A stretch of 64,000 bases of DNA from Eledone cirrhosa (taxonomy: Eukaryota), in the NCBI GenBank assembly GCA_964016885.1, contig OZ024743.1, positions 354,268,001 to 354,332,000 on the forward strand. The letters are read 5' to 3'. The notes beneath the pieces were generated by a model. The model searched no databases and had not been told where the DNA came from. It saw only the letters and a list, made by a program, of their open reading frames with translations. Every line of letters starts with the position of its first letter. Positions within the stretch are counted from its first letter, which is position 1. Shown piece by piece: positions 26,087 to 41,175 of this stretch. Position numbers and translations under genes: made by a program.

Positions 26087-26698
26087 TGTCAGGTCACCAG
26101 TTGGTGCTACTGGTAACATGTATCCCAGTACAACCTGTCTCATGGTTGGGTCGTTGGCGACTAAACTGACAACCCCACCAAGGTTTCTTGGTGAGGAGGG
26201 TGATTTTGAACATCCAGCAGGACTAAAAACAAAACCTGTCAAAGGGCAAAGGAGCTCTTAAGAGTCAATGGCCATCCAAAATCACCGGGAGAGATGACCC
26301 CTTAGCCTTTGTCAAGGCAGAATTCTAGGAGAAGGAAAACTCTGATATAACACCTGCAACTCTGATGGTATCCAATGATGTTGACTTGTTCTTCTTTTTG
26401 GTAAATATCATCTTGGTTAAGAGAGTGGGACTGGCTTTGTGCAGTGCCTTTGCTCACTATAAAAGCTTCACGGCACAGGCATTGCTTTATATCTGGAGAT
26501 CTCTCTGCACTTGTCATCACATGGTACTATGGCCCCAGCACTATGTGTCAATAATTGTCACAAGTGTAGTGTTTGTACCAGAGTTTTCAAGTCGCAGGCT
26601 GGACTAAAAAGTCACACTCGTTCAGCGCATCGGTAGGAGTTCTCCTACATGGATATAAAGTAGTGGCCGTACTCGAAAACGAGTTGGCAGCCACCATG
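26087..26698 (+). mobile_element. Bipartite non-autonomous RTE derivative (about 610 bp: LINE 5' UTR fused to LINE 3' end)
   Basis: RTE-type 5' UTR motif ccttagcctttgtcaaggca...ctaggagaaggaaaactct; the 3' part encodes a C2H2-like [22 protein letters not shown]-stop, then a short UTR and (GTAT)n. Confidence 0.75.
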
Positions 26699-27054
26699 TA
26701 TGCATATATGTATGTATGAATGTACGTGTATGTGAATGTATATGTATGTGTCTTTATATGTGTGCATGTATGTATGCATGTACGTATATGCATATCTATC
26801 TATCTAGCTATCCATATCGCTCTCTTTCTCTCTCTATCATCTATGTATATATGTAAATATATATATATGTATATATGTGGGCGTGTATGTGCATATATAT
26901 GTATATATGTGTATATATGTATATATATATGTATATATGCGTGTGTGTGTGTGTATGTGTGCATATGTGTGTATATGTATATATGTATGCCTATACAAAT
27001 ACACATACCCATATGGAAGCCGAAAGATGACTTGAAAAGGTATCTTTCTGCAGC

Positions 27055-27098
<44 letters not shown>

Positions 27099-27402
27099 GT
27101 GCGTGTGTGTGTGTGTTATGTGCGTGTGTGTGTGTGTGTGTGTTTGCACGTGTGTGCGTTTATGTTTGTTTGTGTGTATGCGTTTGCATCCTTGTATTCA
27201 GATAAAGCCAGAGGTAGATAGGTAGTTAAATACTGTCTCCCGACAGGCAGATATAGAGAGATATAGATATACAGACAAAACAGACGGATATATGTCTGTG
27301 TCTACGTGTATATATATTGGTGTAAAGGTTTGGTAGAAATATCCAAAGGTGCGAACACAATTTGTGTGTATGTATGTATAAATATATATATATATTTTTT
27401 TT

Positions 27403-28344
<942 letters not shown>

Positions 28345-28564
28345 CATATATATATATATATGTATATGTATATGCATATTCGTTATGTCCTTGAGCAAGA
28401 CACTTTATTTCACGTTGTTCCTTCTACCTGGAGTTACGACCGATAGATAGTATTAGCAACTGGAAAGTATTAGCAACTGGAAAGACTGACAGAAACATTG
28501 TTTCCTCGGTCTGATTTGACGAAATATATATAAATATATATACTTACCAATATATATATATATA

Positions 28565-29940
28565 ATAGAAAACACAGGTAAGCATTAAGATTTTATCCAG
28601 GTATTTACGACCGTTTCATTGGTAAGTACAACCTTATATTGCTATACTGCAAATAGCAGCCACTCAATTATAATTGTTGTCCACGTCCAAATTTTCAAAA
28701 TAGTGAATAAGTTACTCTTGAAATAGTTCTTAATATATAGAGAAAAACACTTTTTTGGAATTGTATTTACTAGTATAGAGAGAGAGGGAGAGGAATTAGA
28801 AAGTGAGTGGACAAACGGAATAGTATATAGAGAGAGAGTGGAAGGGGGAGAAGAGTTAGGAAGTAGAGTGACAAACTGAGATGGAGGGTGGGGTAGAGGT
28901 GGAAGGATTCCTTGATAAGTTTTGATACATAGACTTCATGTTTTCTATTGTAGTGAGTTAAAGAGAATTAAATTGATCATAGTGAGAGGGATGGAGAGAG
29001 AGAGATAGAGGAGGGAGATATAAAGAGATAAATATATATATAAAAAATAAAGATAAAAATAATAATAATAAAAATAAAAATAAAAGTAAATAAGGGGGAG
29101 AAAGAAGAAAAGAAAAGATAGCCAAAAAGAGGGAGGAAAGAAAGGAAGAAAACGAAGAAATAGAAGAGGAATGAAGGAGAAGGGAGGGATATAAGTATTG
29201 GTTTTTGTGGGTAATTAAAGGCGTTACATACAATAAGAGGGTATAAAGTCTAAGTATATGCAGTTTGTCAGTTGGTAGTAAGAGGTTAAGGGTTCGATTT
29301 GCACTTGTAGTGCGAAAACGTTTCTTTGAGTCTATGGTTACAATAAATTGATCTTTCGATTTTATTGTTGAGTAACTTATTCTTCGAACTCAAAATGTGG
29401 AACAGCTCAAGGTCACATAATCGACAGCTTCTCATACCACTCCGATATTGATGGTTACGTTCCCTCAGTTGCCAGGTCTTCTTCCTTTCTTCCCTCCCCT
29501 TTTTGGCTATCTTTTCTTTTCTTCTTTCTCCCCCTTCTTTACTTCTATTTTCATCATTATTATTTTCATCTTTAATTTATATATATATATTTATCTCTTT
29601 ATATCTCCCCTCCATCTCAGTTTGTCACTCTACTTCCTAACTCTTCTCTCCCTTCCTCTCTCTCTCTCTCTATACTATTCCGTTTGTCCCCTCACTTTCT
29701 AATTCCTCTCCCTCTCTCTCTATACTAGTAAATACAATTCCAAAAAAATGTTTTTCTCTATATATTAAGAACTATTTCAAGAGTAACTTATTCACTATTT
29801 TGAAAATTTGGACTTGAACAACAATTATAATTGAGTGGCTGCTATTTTCAGTATAGCAATATAAGGTTTGCACTTACCAATGAAACGGTTGTAAATACCT
29901 GGATAAAATCCTTTTCTTAATGCTTACCTCTGTTTTCTCT
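28565..29940. repeat. Large inverted duplication, probable PLE pseudo-LTR pair
   Basis: 28565-29150 is the imperfect reverse complement of 29480-29940; TA flanks. Confidence 0.8.
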
Positions 29941-30260
29941 TTTATACTTTATACTCCAAGATTGAACGGAATTCTTACAAACATGTGGAGTTACCCCTAA
30001 CCGTACGTTGAAACCGTCCATGAAACTGGCTTTCTTAACCACGAACTGGATCACAATAAGCAATTTTCTGCTTCCCTAACTATATGTATATATATATATA
30101 TATATTGTTATACTTTGGGAGGGTCATGTTGCCAATAAGAAACACACGCACCAGTTGCTTTCACTTCAATTTAATTTATTAAATATTTATAAATTTACAA
30201 ATTTATAAATTTCTGGTTGGTTGGTTGGTTCCACAACCAGATAGTTGTTTATATATATAT

Positions 30261-30305
30261 AGTCATAGTTCTTTCGTCACACACTCTGTGACCTCTTCAG
30301 TGACT
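30261..30305 (-). ncRNA. Minimal type-I hammerhead ribozyme (mirror of 32397-32441)
   Basis: AGUCA CUGAAGA G GUCACA-gagug-UGUGAC GAAA GAAC UA UGACU. Confidence 0.88.
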
Positions 30306-30969
30306 GGGGATTTCTTTCTTCGTTTCTGTGCCTTTCCTTTCTTCTATCCTACGCCATTTTGTTTGTGTGTGGGTTGCGTGCTCAGTTTGCGCATGCGCCA
30401 CATCCGGGTGTCTGTGTGTGTTTGTGTTCATTTTTCTATTTTTCTATTTATATTTTTTTTATTTGTTTGTTTATTTATTTATTTATTGTTGGTTGGTTGT
30501 TTGTTCTATGTGTGTGTGTGTTTTCATTTTGTGTGTGTTTTCAATTGTAAGTTGTTTGTTCGATGTGTGTGTGTGTTTTCATTTTGTCCTTAATTGTAAG
30601 TTGTGATGTTGCTGTTCCACTCATATTTTCTATTTAATTTTGGTTTTAATTCTTTTATGCTTACTGCCTCTGTAATTTGCCTAAACATTGCGTCTTTCTT
30701 GTGTGTGGATTCTATTTTTATTTCTATGCTCTCTAATTTACCCCTGTGTTCTATCTTAGCATGTTGGTAGAGCACAGATGATTCTTTATTATCTTGGAGG
30801 TCTCGCCAGTGTTCATTTATTCGTTCCCCTATACTACGAGCTGTCTCACCTATGTACACTACATTTTTGTTTCTACATTGTCCTTCAGTACATCTTATGC
30901 TATATACTACATTTCTAGTTTTACAGTTAATACAACCCCTAGATATTAGAAGACAGCTTAACCCTGATA

Positions 30970-32112
30970 ATGTACTCCCGCTACGTAGATGATATAAACA
31001 TCGTAGTTAAGACACCCCCACTAAAGAACAGTCAGGAACTAGAGAAAAACACAATGGAAAGCATCCAGCAAATAGCAAACTCCATCCACCAGAGCATTAG
31101 AGTTACTATAGACTACCCAAGTAGACACCCCAACCATCGATTACCTGTACTAGACACAGAGCTCTGGTTAGATACTATTAACAACCAAAAACAAATCCTC
31201 CATTCCCATTATGCCAAACCCATGACTTCCAAACATCTGATCCACCGAAACTCGGCCATTTCGGACCATACCAAAATCAACATACTGATTGCGGATTTGG
31301 TACGGGTGATGAGAAATGTGTCCCGCATGTGCAACCCCGAAGAACTAGAGAGACACATACAACACTTCATCCACCGTATGCAGTTCTCTGGCTACAATCA
31401 GAGAGATAGAATCAGAGTGTATAAAGGAGCCAGAACCAAATGGGAAAAAATGGTAAATAATGACATAAATGGGACCTGCCCCTTGTATAGGAGCAAATTT
31501 TGGAATAGAATAGAAAGAACTAAGAACAAGGCCAATAGAATAAACTCATGGTATGATAGCAATAAATACCAGAGTGTAATGTTCATCAATACAACCCCTA
31601 GAGGCGAACTAGCCTACAAATTTAGAAGGGCCCTAAAGAAACATAATCTCAATATTAAGATAGTAGAAAGACCTGGTACCTCCGTAAAAACACTTATTAG
31701 CAAGACATACCCGTTCCAAAGACCCTCATGTATAGATAAGAAATGTATAACCTGTAAAATAAGCCCCCATATTAACTGTAAAACTAGAAATGTAGTATAT
31801 AGCATAAGATGTACTGAAGGACAATGTAGAAACAAAAATGTAGTGTACATAGGTGAGACAGCTCGTAGTATAGGGGAACGAATAAATGAACACTGGCGAG
31901 ACCTCCAAGATAATAAAGAATCATCTGTGCTCTACCAACATGCTAAGATAGAACACAGGGGTAAATTAGAGAGCATAGAAATAAAAATAGAATCCACACA
32001 CAAGAAAGACGCAATGTTTAGGCAAATTACAGAGGCAGTAAGCATAAAAGAATTAAAACCAAAATTAAATAGAAAATATGAGTGGAACAGCAACATCACA
32101 ACTTACAATTAA
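30970..32112 (+). pseudogene. PLE reverse transcriptase C-terminal half plus GIY-YIG endonuclease (5'-truncated, 380 aa)
   Basis: RYVDDI catalytic motif, LPVLD, HYAKP; CKTRNVVYSIRC...YIGETARSIGERINEH. Confidence 0.92.
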
Positions 32113-32396
32113 GGACAAAATGAAAACACACACACACATCGAACAAACAACTTACAATTGAAAACACACACAAAATGAAAACACACACACACATAGAACA
32201 AACAACCAACCAACAATAAATAAATAAATAAACAAACAAATAAAAAAAATATAAATAGAAAAATAGAAAAATGAACACAAACACACACAGACACCCGGAT
32301 GTGGCGCATGCGCAAACTGAGCACGCAACCCACACACAAACAAAATGGCGTAGGATAGAAGAAAGGAAAGGCACAGAAACGAAGAAAGAAATCCCC

Positions 32397-32441
32397 AGTC
32401 ACTGAAGAGGTCACAGAGTGTGTGACGAAAGAACTATGACT
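32397..32441 (+). ncRNA. Minimal type-I hammerhead ribozyme in PLE pseudo-LTR
   Basis: AGUCA CUGAAGA G GUCACA-gagug-UGUGAC GAAA GAAC UA UGACU. Confidence 0.88.
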
Positions 32442-32654
32442 ATATATATATAAACAACTATCTGGTTGTGGAACCAACCAACCAACCAGAAATTTATAAA
32501 TTTGTAAATTTATAAATATTTAATAAATTAAATTGAAGTGAAAGCAACTGGTGCGTGTGTTTCTTATTGGCAACATGACCCTCCCAAAGTATAACAATAT
32601 CGGTTTCAACACACGATTTCAGATAAAGAATCTTGCTAAACAAATTCAGAAACG

Positions 32655-32702
<48 letters not shown>

Positions 32703-32735
32703 GTACGTAAATATATACATATACATACACACACA

Positions 32736-32930
32736 TAGGAAAATGTTTCATCCCGAGCTCAAGCAGTTTCGATGGCTATTTCTGGACACGGTCCAAAAAT
32801 AGACGTCGAAACGGCTTGAGCTCTGCTGTCGGGGTGAAACATTTTCCTATTACCCACTCTACTACCCTCAGTATTGAGTACTCTGGTGCGTTATGTCCAT
32901 CTGGTTCCTTGCCACACCTCCTTCGTTACA
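32736..32930. mobile_element. PLE terminal fragment with fold-back hairpin
   Basis: Palindrome 32736-32850; 32790-32927 is the reverse complement of 33001-33128. Confidence 0.75.
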
Positions 32931-32935
32931 CACAC

Positions 32936-32991
<56 letters not shown>

Positions 32992-32999
32992 CAAATGAA

Positions 33000-34551
33000 T
33001 TGTGGTAAGGAACCAGATGGACCATAACGCACCAGAGTACTCAGTACTTAGGGTAGTAGAGTGGGAAATAGGAAAAATTATGACCCCGACGGCACAGCTC
33101 AAGCCGTTTCGACGGCTATTTCTGGACTAAATTAGAATTTTTATTTTTTTTAGCCTGGTGAATAAATAGCCGAATTTGTCAAGGGGGTACTTCCTTATAT
33201 GGGAAGATTGTAGTTGTCAAGAGGATTGGTTAAAATTTGTTGTAAACAAATAAGTCTATCATGGCATTTGCTGGGAGGTAGGGGTGGCTGAACTTGCCTG
33301 TAGAACAGTACGGGAGTGAGTGGAGCGGTCAACCGTTGAAGGTGATATGTATACAGCAGATTCTAAGGATAGTGTATGAAGTGGAGGAGGGAGGTTATAG
33401 AATAGGTAAATCGAATGAGCGTAGGAGACAATAAAAGATAATAGAAATAAATAAAAAAAGATATAAAATTAGATAGTGAGAAATGAATAAAAATAATCAC
33501 AATGCTATCTTAAAATTACAGGTTAATAACTTGAGAATAGAAAAACTTGTAGAATGAGTAGTAACAAAACTGATACAACATTAAAGGGGTTTTAACACAT
33601 CTGCTATAAGTAGTTAGTAAAACGCATTCGGCCAATTCTATCTTAAAATTACAAATGTGGGGGAACTGAGGCTACTGAGGCCCGATGGGCTGCATCGGGG
33701 TAGGCGAAAGGGGAAAAGCAGACGAGGAGGAAAATAGGGGTGGAAGGAAGTGATAGGATGAGACAGGAGGAAGAAGAAGACAAAGAGGAAAAGAAAAGAG
33801 ATACATCTACCTATGCAAGCTGGGGTTTCCCCTAACTTATTCGGCAAGTGGGGGGTTATCAGCCCTTGTCTACCCACCCGGGTCGTTATGGGGTGTGAGG
33901 GCGAGCTAAGTCCTACGCAATCTGTGTTTGGATGCGGTTACCAGTTCGTCCTTCTTGTTTAGGAGTTGGACCTTCGAAAACAGCATTTGTAATGTTTCCT
34001 TCGAGCATAAGTTACACGGACAGCGTCCTCCCGTGTAAGAGTTAGCTCTGGACAGTAAGCTCCAAGTGAGATTGTAGGTTATAATATTATCTTGGAGGTC
34101 CCAGATGTGGCCCGAAAGTGTAGTGGCATGTCGCCGGACCGGGTTTCGGAAAGTATGTCGTTGTTGGTAGAGCCGGGTCTTGAAGTCACACGCGGTTAAT
34201 CCTATATAAGCTTTGTTGGAGGTGTCCGTCATCACGTTGTACTGGTAGATCACGTTACGTTCTCGGCATTTGTTGTAATGGGCTGGTTGTAATGAGGCGC
34301 ATGTTCGTCGAATATCTGCTCATTAGCGGACAAATGAGATATGCAGAGGGAGATGTTTTTGTTTACAACAAATTGGTGATGTTTGTGTTTACAACAAATT
34401 TTAACCAATCCTCTTGACAACTACAGTCTTCCCATATAAGGAAGTACCCCCTTGACAAGTTCGGCTATTTATTCACCAGGCTAAAAATTCTAATTTAGTC
34501 CAGAAATAGCCATCGAAACGGTCGAGCTCTGCCGTCGGGATCATAATTTTT

Positions 34552-34555
<4 letters not shown>
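33000..34555 (-). mobile_element. Decayed Penelope-like element with inverted terminal duplication
   Basis: GIY-YIG remnant 33906-34253 (IYQ...AYIGLTACDFKTRLYQQRHTF...CNLCSKE); 33067-33250 is inverted at 34385-34555. Confidence 0.8.
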
Positions 34556-34627
<72 letters not shown>

Positions 34628-34630
<3 letters not shown>

Positions 34631-34840
34631 TGGCTGCCAACTCGTTTTCGAGTACGGCCACTACTTTATATCCACGTCGGAGAAGCTCTTCCGATGCGCT
34701 GAACGAGTGTGACTTTTTAGTCCAGCCAGCGACTTGAAAACTCTGTTCTTCTTTTTGGTAAATATCATCTTGGTTAAGAGAGTGGGACTGGCTTTGTGCA
34801 GTGCCTTTGCTCACTATAAAAGCTTCACGGCACAGGCATA
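34628..34840. mobile_element. Rearranged RTE-derived non-autonomous element (3' end on minus, middle on plus)
   Basis: 34628-34744 is the reverse complement of 26580-26698; 34744-34840 matches 26386-26482; a further mirrored fragment lies at 35155-35187. Confidence 0.8.
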
Positions 34841-34888
34841 TATATACATACATACATACATACATACATACATACATACATACATACA

Positions 34889-34924
<36 letters not shown>

Positions 34925-34931
34925 TATAAAC

Positions 34932-34963
<32 letters not shown>

Positions 34964-35070
34964 GTATATATATGAATATATATGTGTGTGTGTGCGTAGA
35001 CACACAAATTGTAATGCAGTCTATAAGAGAAATTAAGAGACAATCGGCTACATATAGAAGAAAATGTGTG

Positions 35071-35120
<50 letters not shown>

Positions 35121-35183
35121 TGTATGTATGTATGTATGTATGTATGTATGTATATGCCTGTGCCGTGAAGCTTTTATAGTGAG

Positions 35184-35269
<86 letters not shown>

Positions 35270-37947
35270 AATGTTAGATTTGTAGGTAAGCAGACAGATA
35301 CTTGGAAACCGTTAACCGTACAAAACTTGCTGGATGAAAGCCGAGAAAGACATGTCCTGCTTGCTTTTAAGAGTTTACACAGCGTTAAATGCGCAGCTTA
35401 TTTGTTAGACAATTTTTATTTTCAGGAATTAACCTCCAGCGAAACAATATCCTTTGCCACGTCTTCATACCCCATCCTCTCTTCTCAATCTTGACATCAT
35501 ACTTTCACTTTCCACCTTCAAATCATACCGTTCTGTATTTCTGTACCGTGTTACCACCACTTCCATCTCAATCCTGTCTTTTCATTAACGTATTTCTGGC
35601 CAACGAGGAAACGTCTCTGAATAGCAAGGTTTAGCTTAGCTCAGTTAAATCCACTTATTAATTAATGTCGCATCAGCATTTTTCAGTGATGTTATTGTGT
35701 TGTTGTTGTTGCTGTTGATGTTATTTTGCCACATTCCGAACCTGATAGAGCAGGTCTATGATGAACAGCGTTCCAGTCGTAACCTACTTGTCTTTTTGTA
35801 TATATGGTAGTATATTGTTCAATGTATTCTCCATTAACTAAGATGATATGGTTCAGTTTGTGGGAGATGTTTGACCGTGAAGATGTTGTATCGTTGAGTT
35901 GTTTAAACCATATGTATGTGTGCACGCGCGCGCGCGTGTGTGTGTTAAATAGGAGACCATGATGCTTTGATGTCGTTTTCGTGGGTTTCATGGTATATGA
36001 TATATTCCGCAATTTCCAAATACCAGTTGACTTTTAAATGCTCTGCTACTGGAGTAATCTACTAATCTATTCTTGTTTGATGTAATTCAGCAAATGCGAG
36101 ATACTCTCCAATCAGGCCGACCCCAAACCCTTGGTCTAGTATTAATTATTCTATCGTGGTATCATCTACAGATAATGCGGTAGCAATTCCACACATCCGG
36201 CTCTATGCGGATCCAGTTTGAAGCCCGTTTCCTATTACCTGTGTCCGTGTGAGATGTAATATCAGCAACAACAAGAAACATACAAGAGAGCTGCTGCTCG
36301 AGAATCAAACACGTGACTATTGTGTTAACTAGTCACCTCTTTAACGACACAAGAGAAACAAAATATGTACAACAGTTAATAATTTACACCATCTTGAAGA
36401 GTTAGTTCACCAACATCCCTCTTCTAACAACAAAGGCAAATCCCGACATATCAAGTTACTGTTCTCTTTGTGGTTATACGAATTTAACTAAATATACAAA
36501 TTCTATCAAAATATGCTAATTTGATGAGCCAATAAGGGAGCTTCTATGTGATCGCTTGAACTGTTGGAAGTAGCAACCGTATTTCTCCAACAGAATAGAA
36601 AATGGACGTTGGATTATGTAGTTCCCTGATATAGAAAAAGACAAGGATGGTCATAGCTGCAACGCCCTAACCATACATCTAATTGATCTCGGCTGTATTA
36701 ACAACATTCAGTAAGAGAACCTCTACATGGCTGCTCGAATTAAATAATTATTTTCTCTTTGCACCTCGATAGGATGCTGTCTCAAAATTTCACTTGGATT
36801 TGAGGAAATATATTTGAAAGATTACACGAAAAATAATTCAGGAGTTTAGAAGTCGTCATATTTGTAGATCTTTTTAGATAATGACCTTCATTTTAATATA
36901 TCGATATCTTGAGCTCATGGCTTCTCAGACATGCTACAACAAGAATATAAACAAGAGAGAAGAAATACGGCTCGAACTCATAGAATCAAAGTCGTCCTTG
37001 TGAAGATAGCTGTTCGTTAAATTCCTTTTGTCGATCGGTAGAGACGTCAGACAAGTCCTTTACGGCAGAGCGCTTTAAGAATGATACAATAACTATTACG
37101 CTATGCGTCTCACAAATCAATAAACAGATGCCACCACTTGACACAAATGAATTCTTCCGCGATAATTCTCTTGTACAAAACTCAAGTTCACCCCGGTGTT
37201 GTTAGGGTTTGTAGAATTAAATAATTACTTTATCTTCGCGCAGCGACAGGGAACCGTTTTGGATTTCATTTAGTTTTGAGGAAACTCGTTTGAAGCATTG
37301 TGTAAATAAAAATATTCCTGCGTCGATATCTTTCTATTATTTTGATTGCCAGTAGAAGAAATACGTTCACACTATGTTTAAGTGCTCGGTGTAGTCCTTT
37401 ATAAGAAAGCCAGCTTTAGCTCAAGTTAGTTTGTTTAAAACTGTGTATATTTTACGTACGAAGCAAATGAATTGTAATCTGAAGTTTGTAAAGGTAAGTT
37501 TGCGTACACGAGGTATAATTAGACGGTAGGCAACACACACTTATACGTACAACCATGCGTGAATTTAATTAATGTCAAAGCGGAAAATGAATCGTTACAA
37601 ATCAGTATACAGGAGTGTGTGAATGTATGCATTTTGGTGTACGCAAATGTGGACAAGTACATAGCGAAAGAGATGACAAAAAAGTGTTGCAAATGGTTTA
37701 TATAAAAACATAGGCACAAGTGTATACTCACAGACACATACGTACACACGGACACACACGGTACATTCAATCGCATACATATCAAGGGAAAGATGGGAAA
37801 GATAGATAGAAAATCGATAAAGATTCAAATATACATACACTAGATAAACAGATAGAATGATGTACTTGTTATTAAATAAATTAACCACCACCTTGTTATC
37901 TGGGTGTGTGAGTGTACCTACATTTATGTATGTACGTATGTATGTAC

Positions 37948-37978
<31 letters not shown>

Positions 37979-38033
37979 TGTACATTTGTGAGTGTGTTAG
38001 TAGATTTAAAGCAATATCTATACACACACACAC

Positions 38034-38153
<120 letters not shown>

Positions 38154-38879
38154 ATATATATATAGTGTGTGTGTGTAAATAGCGTATTTAGTTATGTCTT
38201 GTTTGATGGACGGAAACATATGTTCCGATTGTAACAAACGACGTAAAAATGTCGTTAAAGAGCCACTTCATTCCATGATATTCCCATCCTCGAATATTCT
38301 GTCCATCCTTAACAAGTGGTTCTGAAAAGGTTCCTGACGGTTGCGCAAGGGGATTCTAGTTGTATTTAGCTTCTTTCAGATAGTTTTCTTCTAACAGACA
38401 TTTCTATGTAAATACTTATGTCTATAATGTACATTCTGTTACAGCTTTGCAAATTACTCTGATATTATTTGGGACGTAAAACGCTGAAATTAACACAAAC
38501 ACAGCCACCAACATACATACACTCAATCATAAATATATATATATATATATATGATATATATATATGTATGTATGTGTGTGTGAGCGTGTACGCGCATATG
38601 TGTGTATGCATGTACACATGCACATATATGCATATTTAAACATACAAACATGTATAGATTCTCACACAGTCACCTCTCCTTCTTACACGTGTAATAATCA
38701 CGTCAATAATCAGGAGCAGTCGTCTTCCGTATTTCAAACTCCACATTTAATTGATATAAATCTATGCATGTCGACATCTCGTAGCATTACTACGAGAATT
38801 AGGAATAGAGATATACGTGTGAAGACAGATTGAATGAGTGAGAGTGGGGTATTGTGTGTGTCTGTGTGTATGTAAAAGG

Positions 38880-39175
<296 letters not shown>

Positions 39176-40320
39176 AAATGAGTGAAATGGAATGAGGTGA
39201 ACGGTTATCTTATTTTAATATATATATAAAAGAGAATGTATGTGGATGCAGCTTGGTGGAATGAAAGAGGTTCGCTCCACACTAATTAGACCTCTTGGGC
39301 AAGTGTCATTTACCATACCATCAGAACAACCTATGCTTTGTCAATGAAATTGGGTAGACGGAAACTGTACAGAAGCCCGGCGCATGGACTGTAACTGTCA
39401 TTCAAAGGCTCCATATTATCACACAACATTTTCATACACTGGTTCTTGAAAATAACTAGAATACTCATCATCTCATCTAGTCTTCTAATGTATGCATGTT
39501 CCAAGTTCTAGGATAAAGATTTGTATCTATATAGCTGAAAATCTGCACGAATTGTCTATGTTGCACCGGGAAATAATAAAGCACCAATTAAGAAGTAGGA
39601 TCAATTCTATTCTTGTCAAATATTTTATTCTTTCGGGGTTAAAACATTTAAGTATTGGGATCAATTATTCCCTAAATCCTTGTTTCTCGCTCCTTTTCTT
39701 AGAATTCACTACGCTATTTAGTGAAAGGAGCCGTTGGGTAACATTCTCAACATCCTTTTCTGCAAAAATATCAAAGGTTTCAATGCAGCTTCTTCTCTTT
39801 CAGAAAGTGATATACATCTAGAGCTATTTAAGAACTGACCTAGTGCAGTACAAGCATGGTACGAAAATATATCCAAAGTGCCTACGTTGCGCCAGGTGAA
39901 GGAATCTGGTAAATAACTTATATCTTTCGTCATAGAAATGAAATATGATTGAGTGAAATCAATTAATCTCATATAAAATCTGATATGCTGCTGGATCTGT
40001 GAAAGAGCGGACATTGTGCAGTACAGCAAGGAACGTTAATAATACAGAATTCATTCATTCACTGACCAACGTCATAACCAGATTCACGTTTCCTAACAAT
40101 CGTTTACTGTTTTGATAGTTTATAAGCCAATTTCTGTGAACCCATACAATTACATATTTATTGGAACTCAACTACTTAATGAAGGCGAACAAATAGAGAG
40201 CCTCTATATGGTTACGTGAGCGTTTAAAATAATCGAAACCACACCATATGATGTAAATGTATTTTATTCCGAGGCATGATCATTAACTTACATTACCGCA
40301 AGGAGTGGACGACTTAACGT

Positions 40321-40369
<49 letters not shown>

Positions 40370-40541
40370 ATACATACACGCACAAACACACAGAGAAAGA
40401 CAGACACAGACACACACACATCTATATTTATCTATCTATCTCTCTCTCTCTATATATATATTCATATGTTTTTTTGTGTGTGTACGTTTCCTTATTAGTT
40501 CTTTATGTTTTGTTTGAAATAATAGCTTTTCTAAATTAATA

Positions 40542-40590
40542 AGTCTATTAAAGTTTCGAGACATGTACAGTCTTATCATCAGAAAAGACT
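40542..40590 (-). ncRNA. Minimal hammerhead, partly decayed
   Basis: AGUCUuuU CUGAUGA ua AGAC-uguacau-GUCU c GAAA CUU UA AuAGACU. Confidence 0.6.
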
Positions 40591-40606
40591 CATAATTGTA
40601 ATGGCA

Positions 40607-40787
40607 TATTGTTCTCGCGCTTTTTAGTGGGCACACGGGACCGTAGGATTATTGGTAAAATATTCAACGCCAGATTCATGAAACCTATTAGAGCTCAACT
40701 GCCGAATATGTTCATAAAATTTAGCGTTGAGAATTTTACCAGTATTTCAACGATCATCTGTGACCACTGCAAAGAGCGCAGACAATA
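40607..40787. mobile_element. Old fold-back (MITE-like) element
   Basis: Imperfect arms of about 85 bp: tattgt...ttggtaaaatattcaacgc / gcgttgagaattttaccag...acaata. Confidence 0.6.
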
Positions 40788-41130
40788 GGCTATTACTGAA
40801 AATAGATACTAGTATTCCGGAAACTAATAGTAACATGGTTTCATATGAGTTATATAAATGTAAAACGAACTAACAAACACTTACACGGACACACACAGAT
40901 ATTATATAGAAATGTAGTTGTCGTAGCTGTGGCAGTGGCAGTAAGAATCAGCACTCTGTTATCCGACGTGCAATCAGTTTTCTCAAATTAAATATAAAAA
41001 ATAAAAAAATTAACTGTGACTTGATAAAGTTGTGTCTCAGTTTTATAAACACTTTAGGTGTGAGACGCAGGCGAATGAGAGAAAGTGTGTCAGACATTGT
41101 GTGAGAGACATAAATAAAAAAAAAGAAATA

Positions 41131-41175
<45 letters not shown>

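Larger units (their letters stand above)
30102..32657 (+). mobile_element. Young 5'-truncated Penelope-like element with an 831 bp inverted duplication of its 3' end
   Basis: 30102-30932 is the reverse complement of 31770-32600 (mirror ORFs are identical); RT/GIY-YIG ORF; hammerhead in both arms. Confidence 0.95.

Noticed and set aside
28595-28630. GAAACGGTC hammerhead 3' half in the 28565-29940 inverted arms
   Set aside because: No matching CUGANGA found upstream in either arm.
39492-40029. Short ORFs in unique-looking sequence as host exons
   Set aside because: No recognisable domain or splice pattern; cannot be supported without RNA data.
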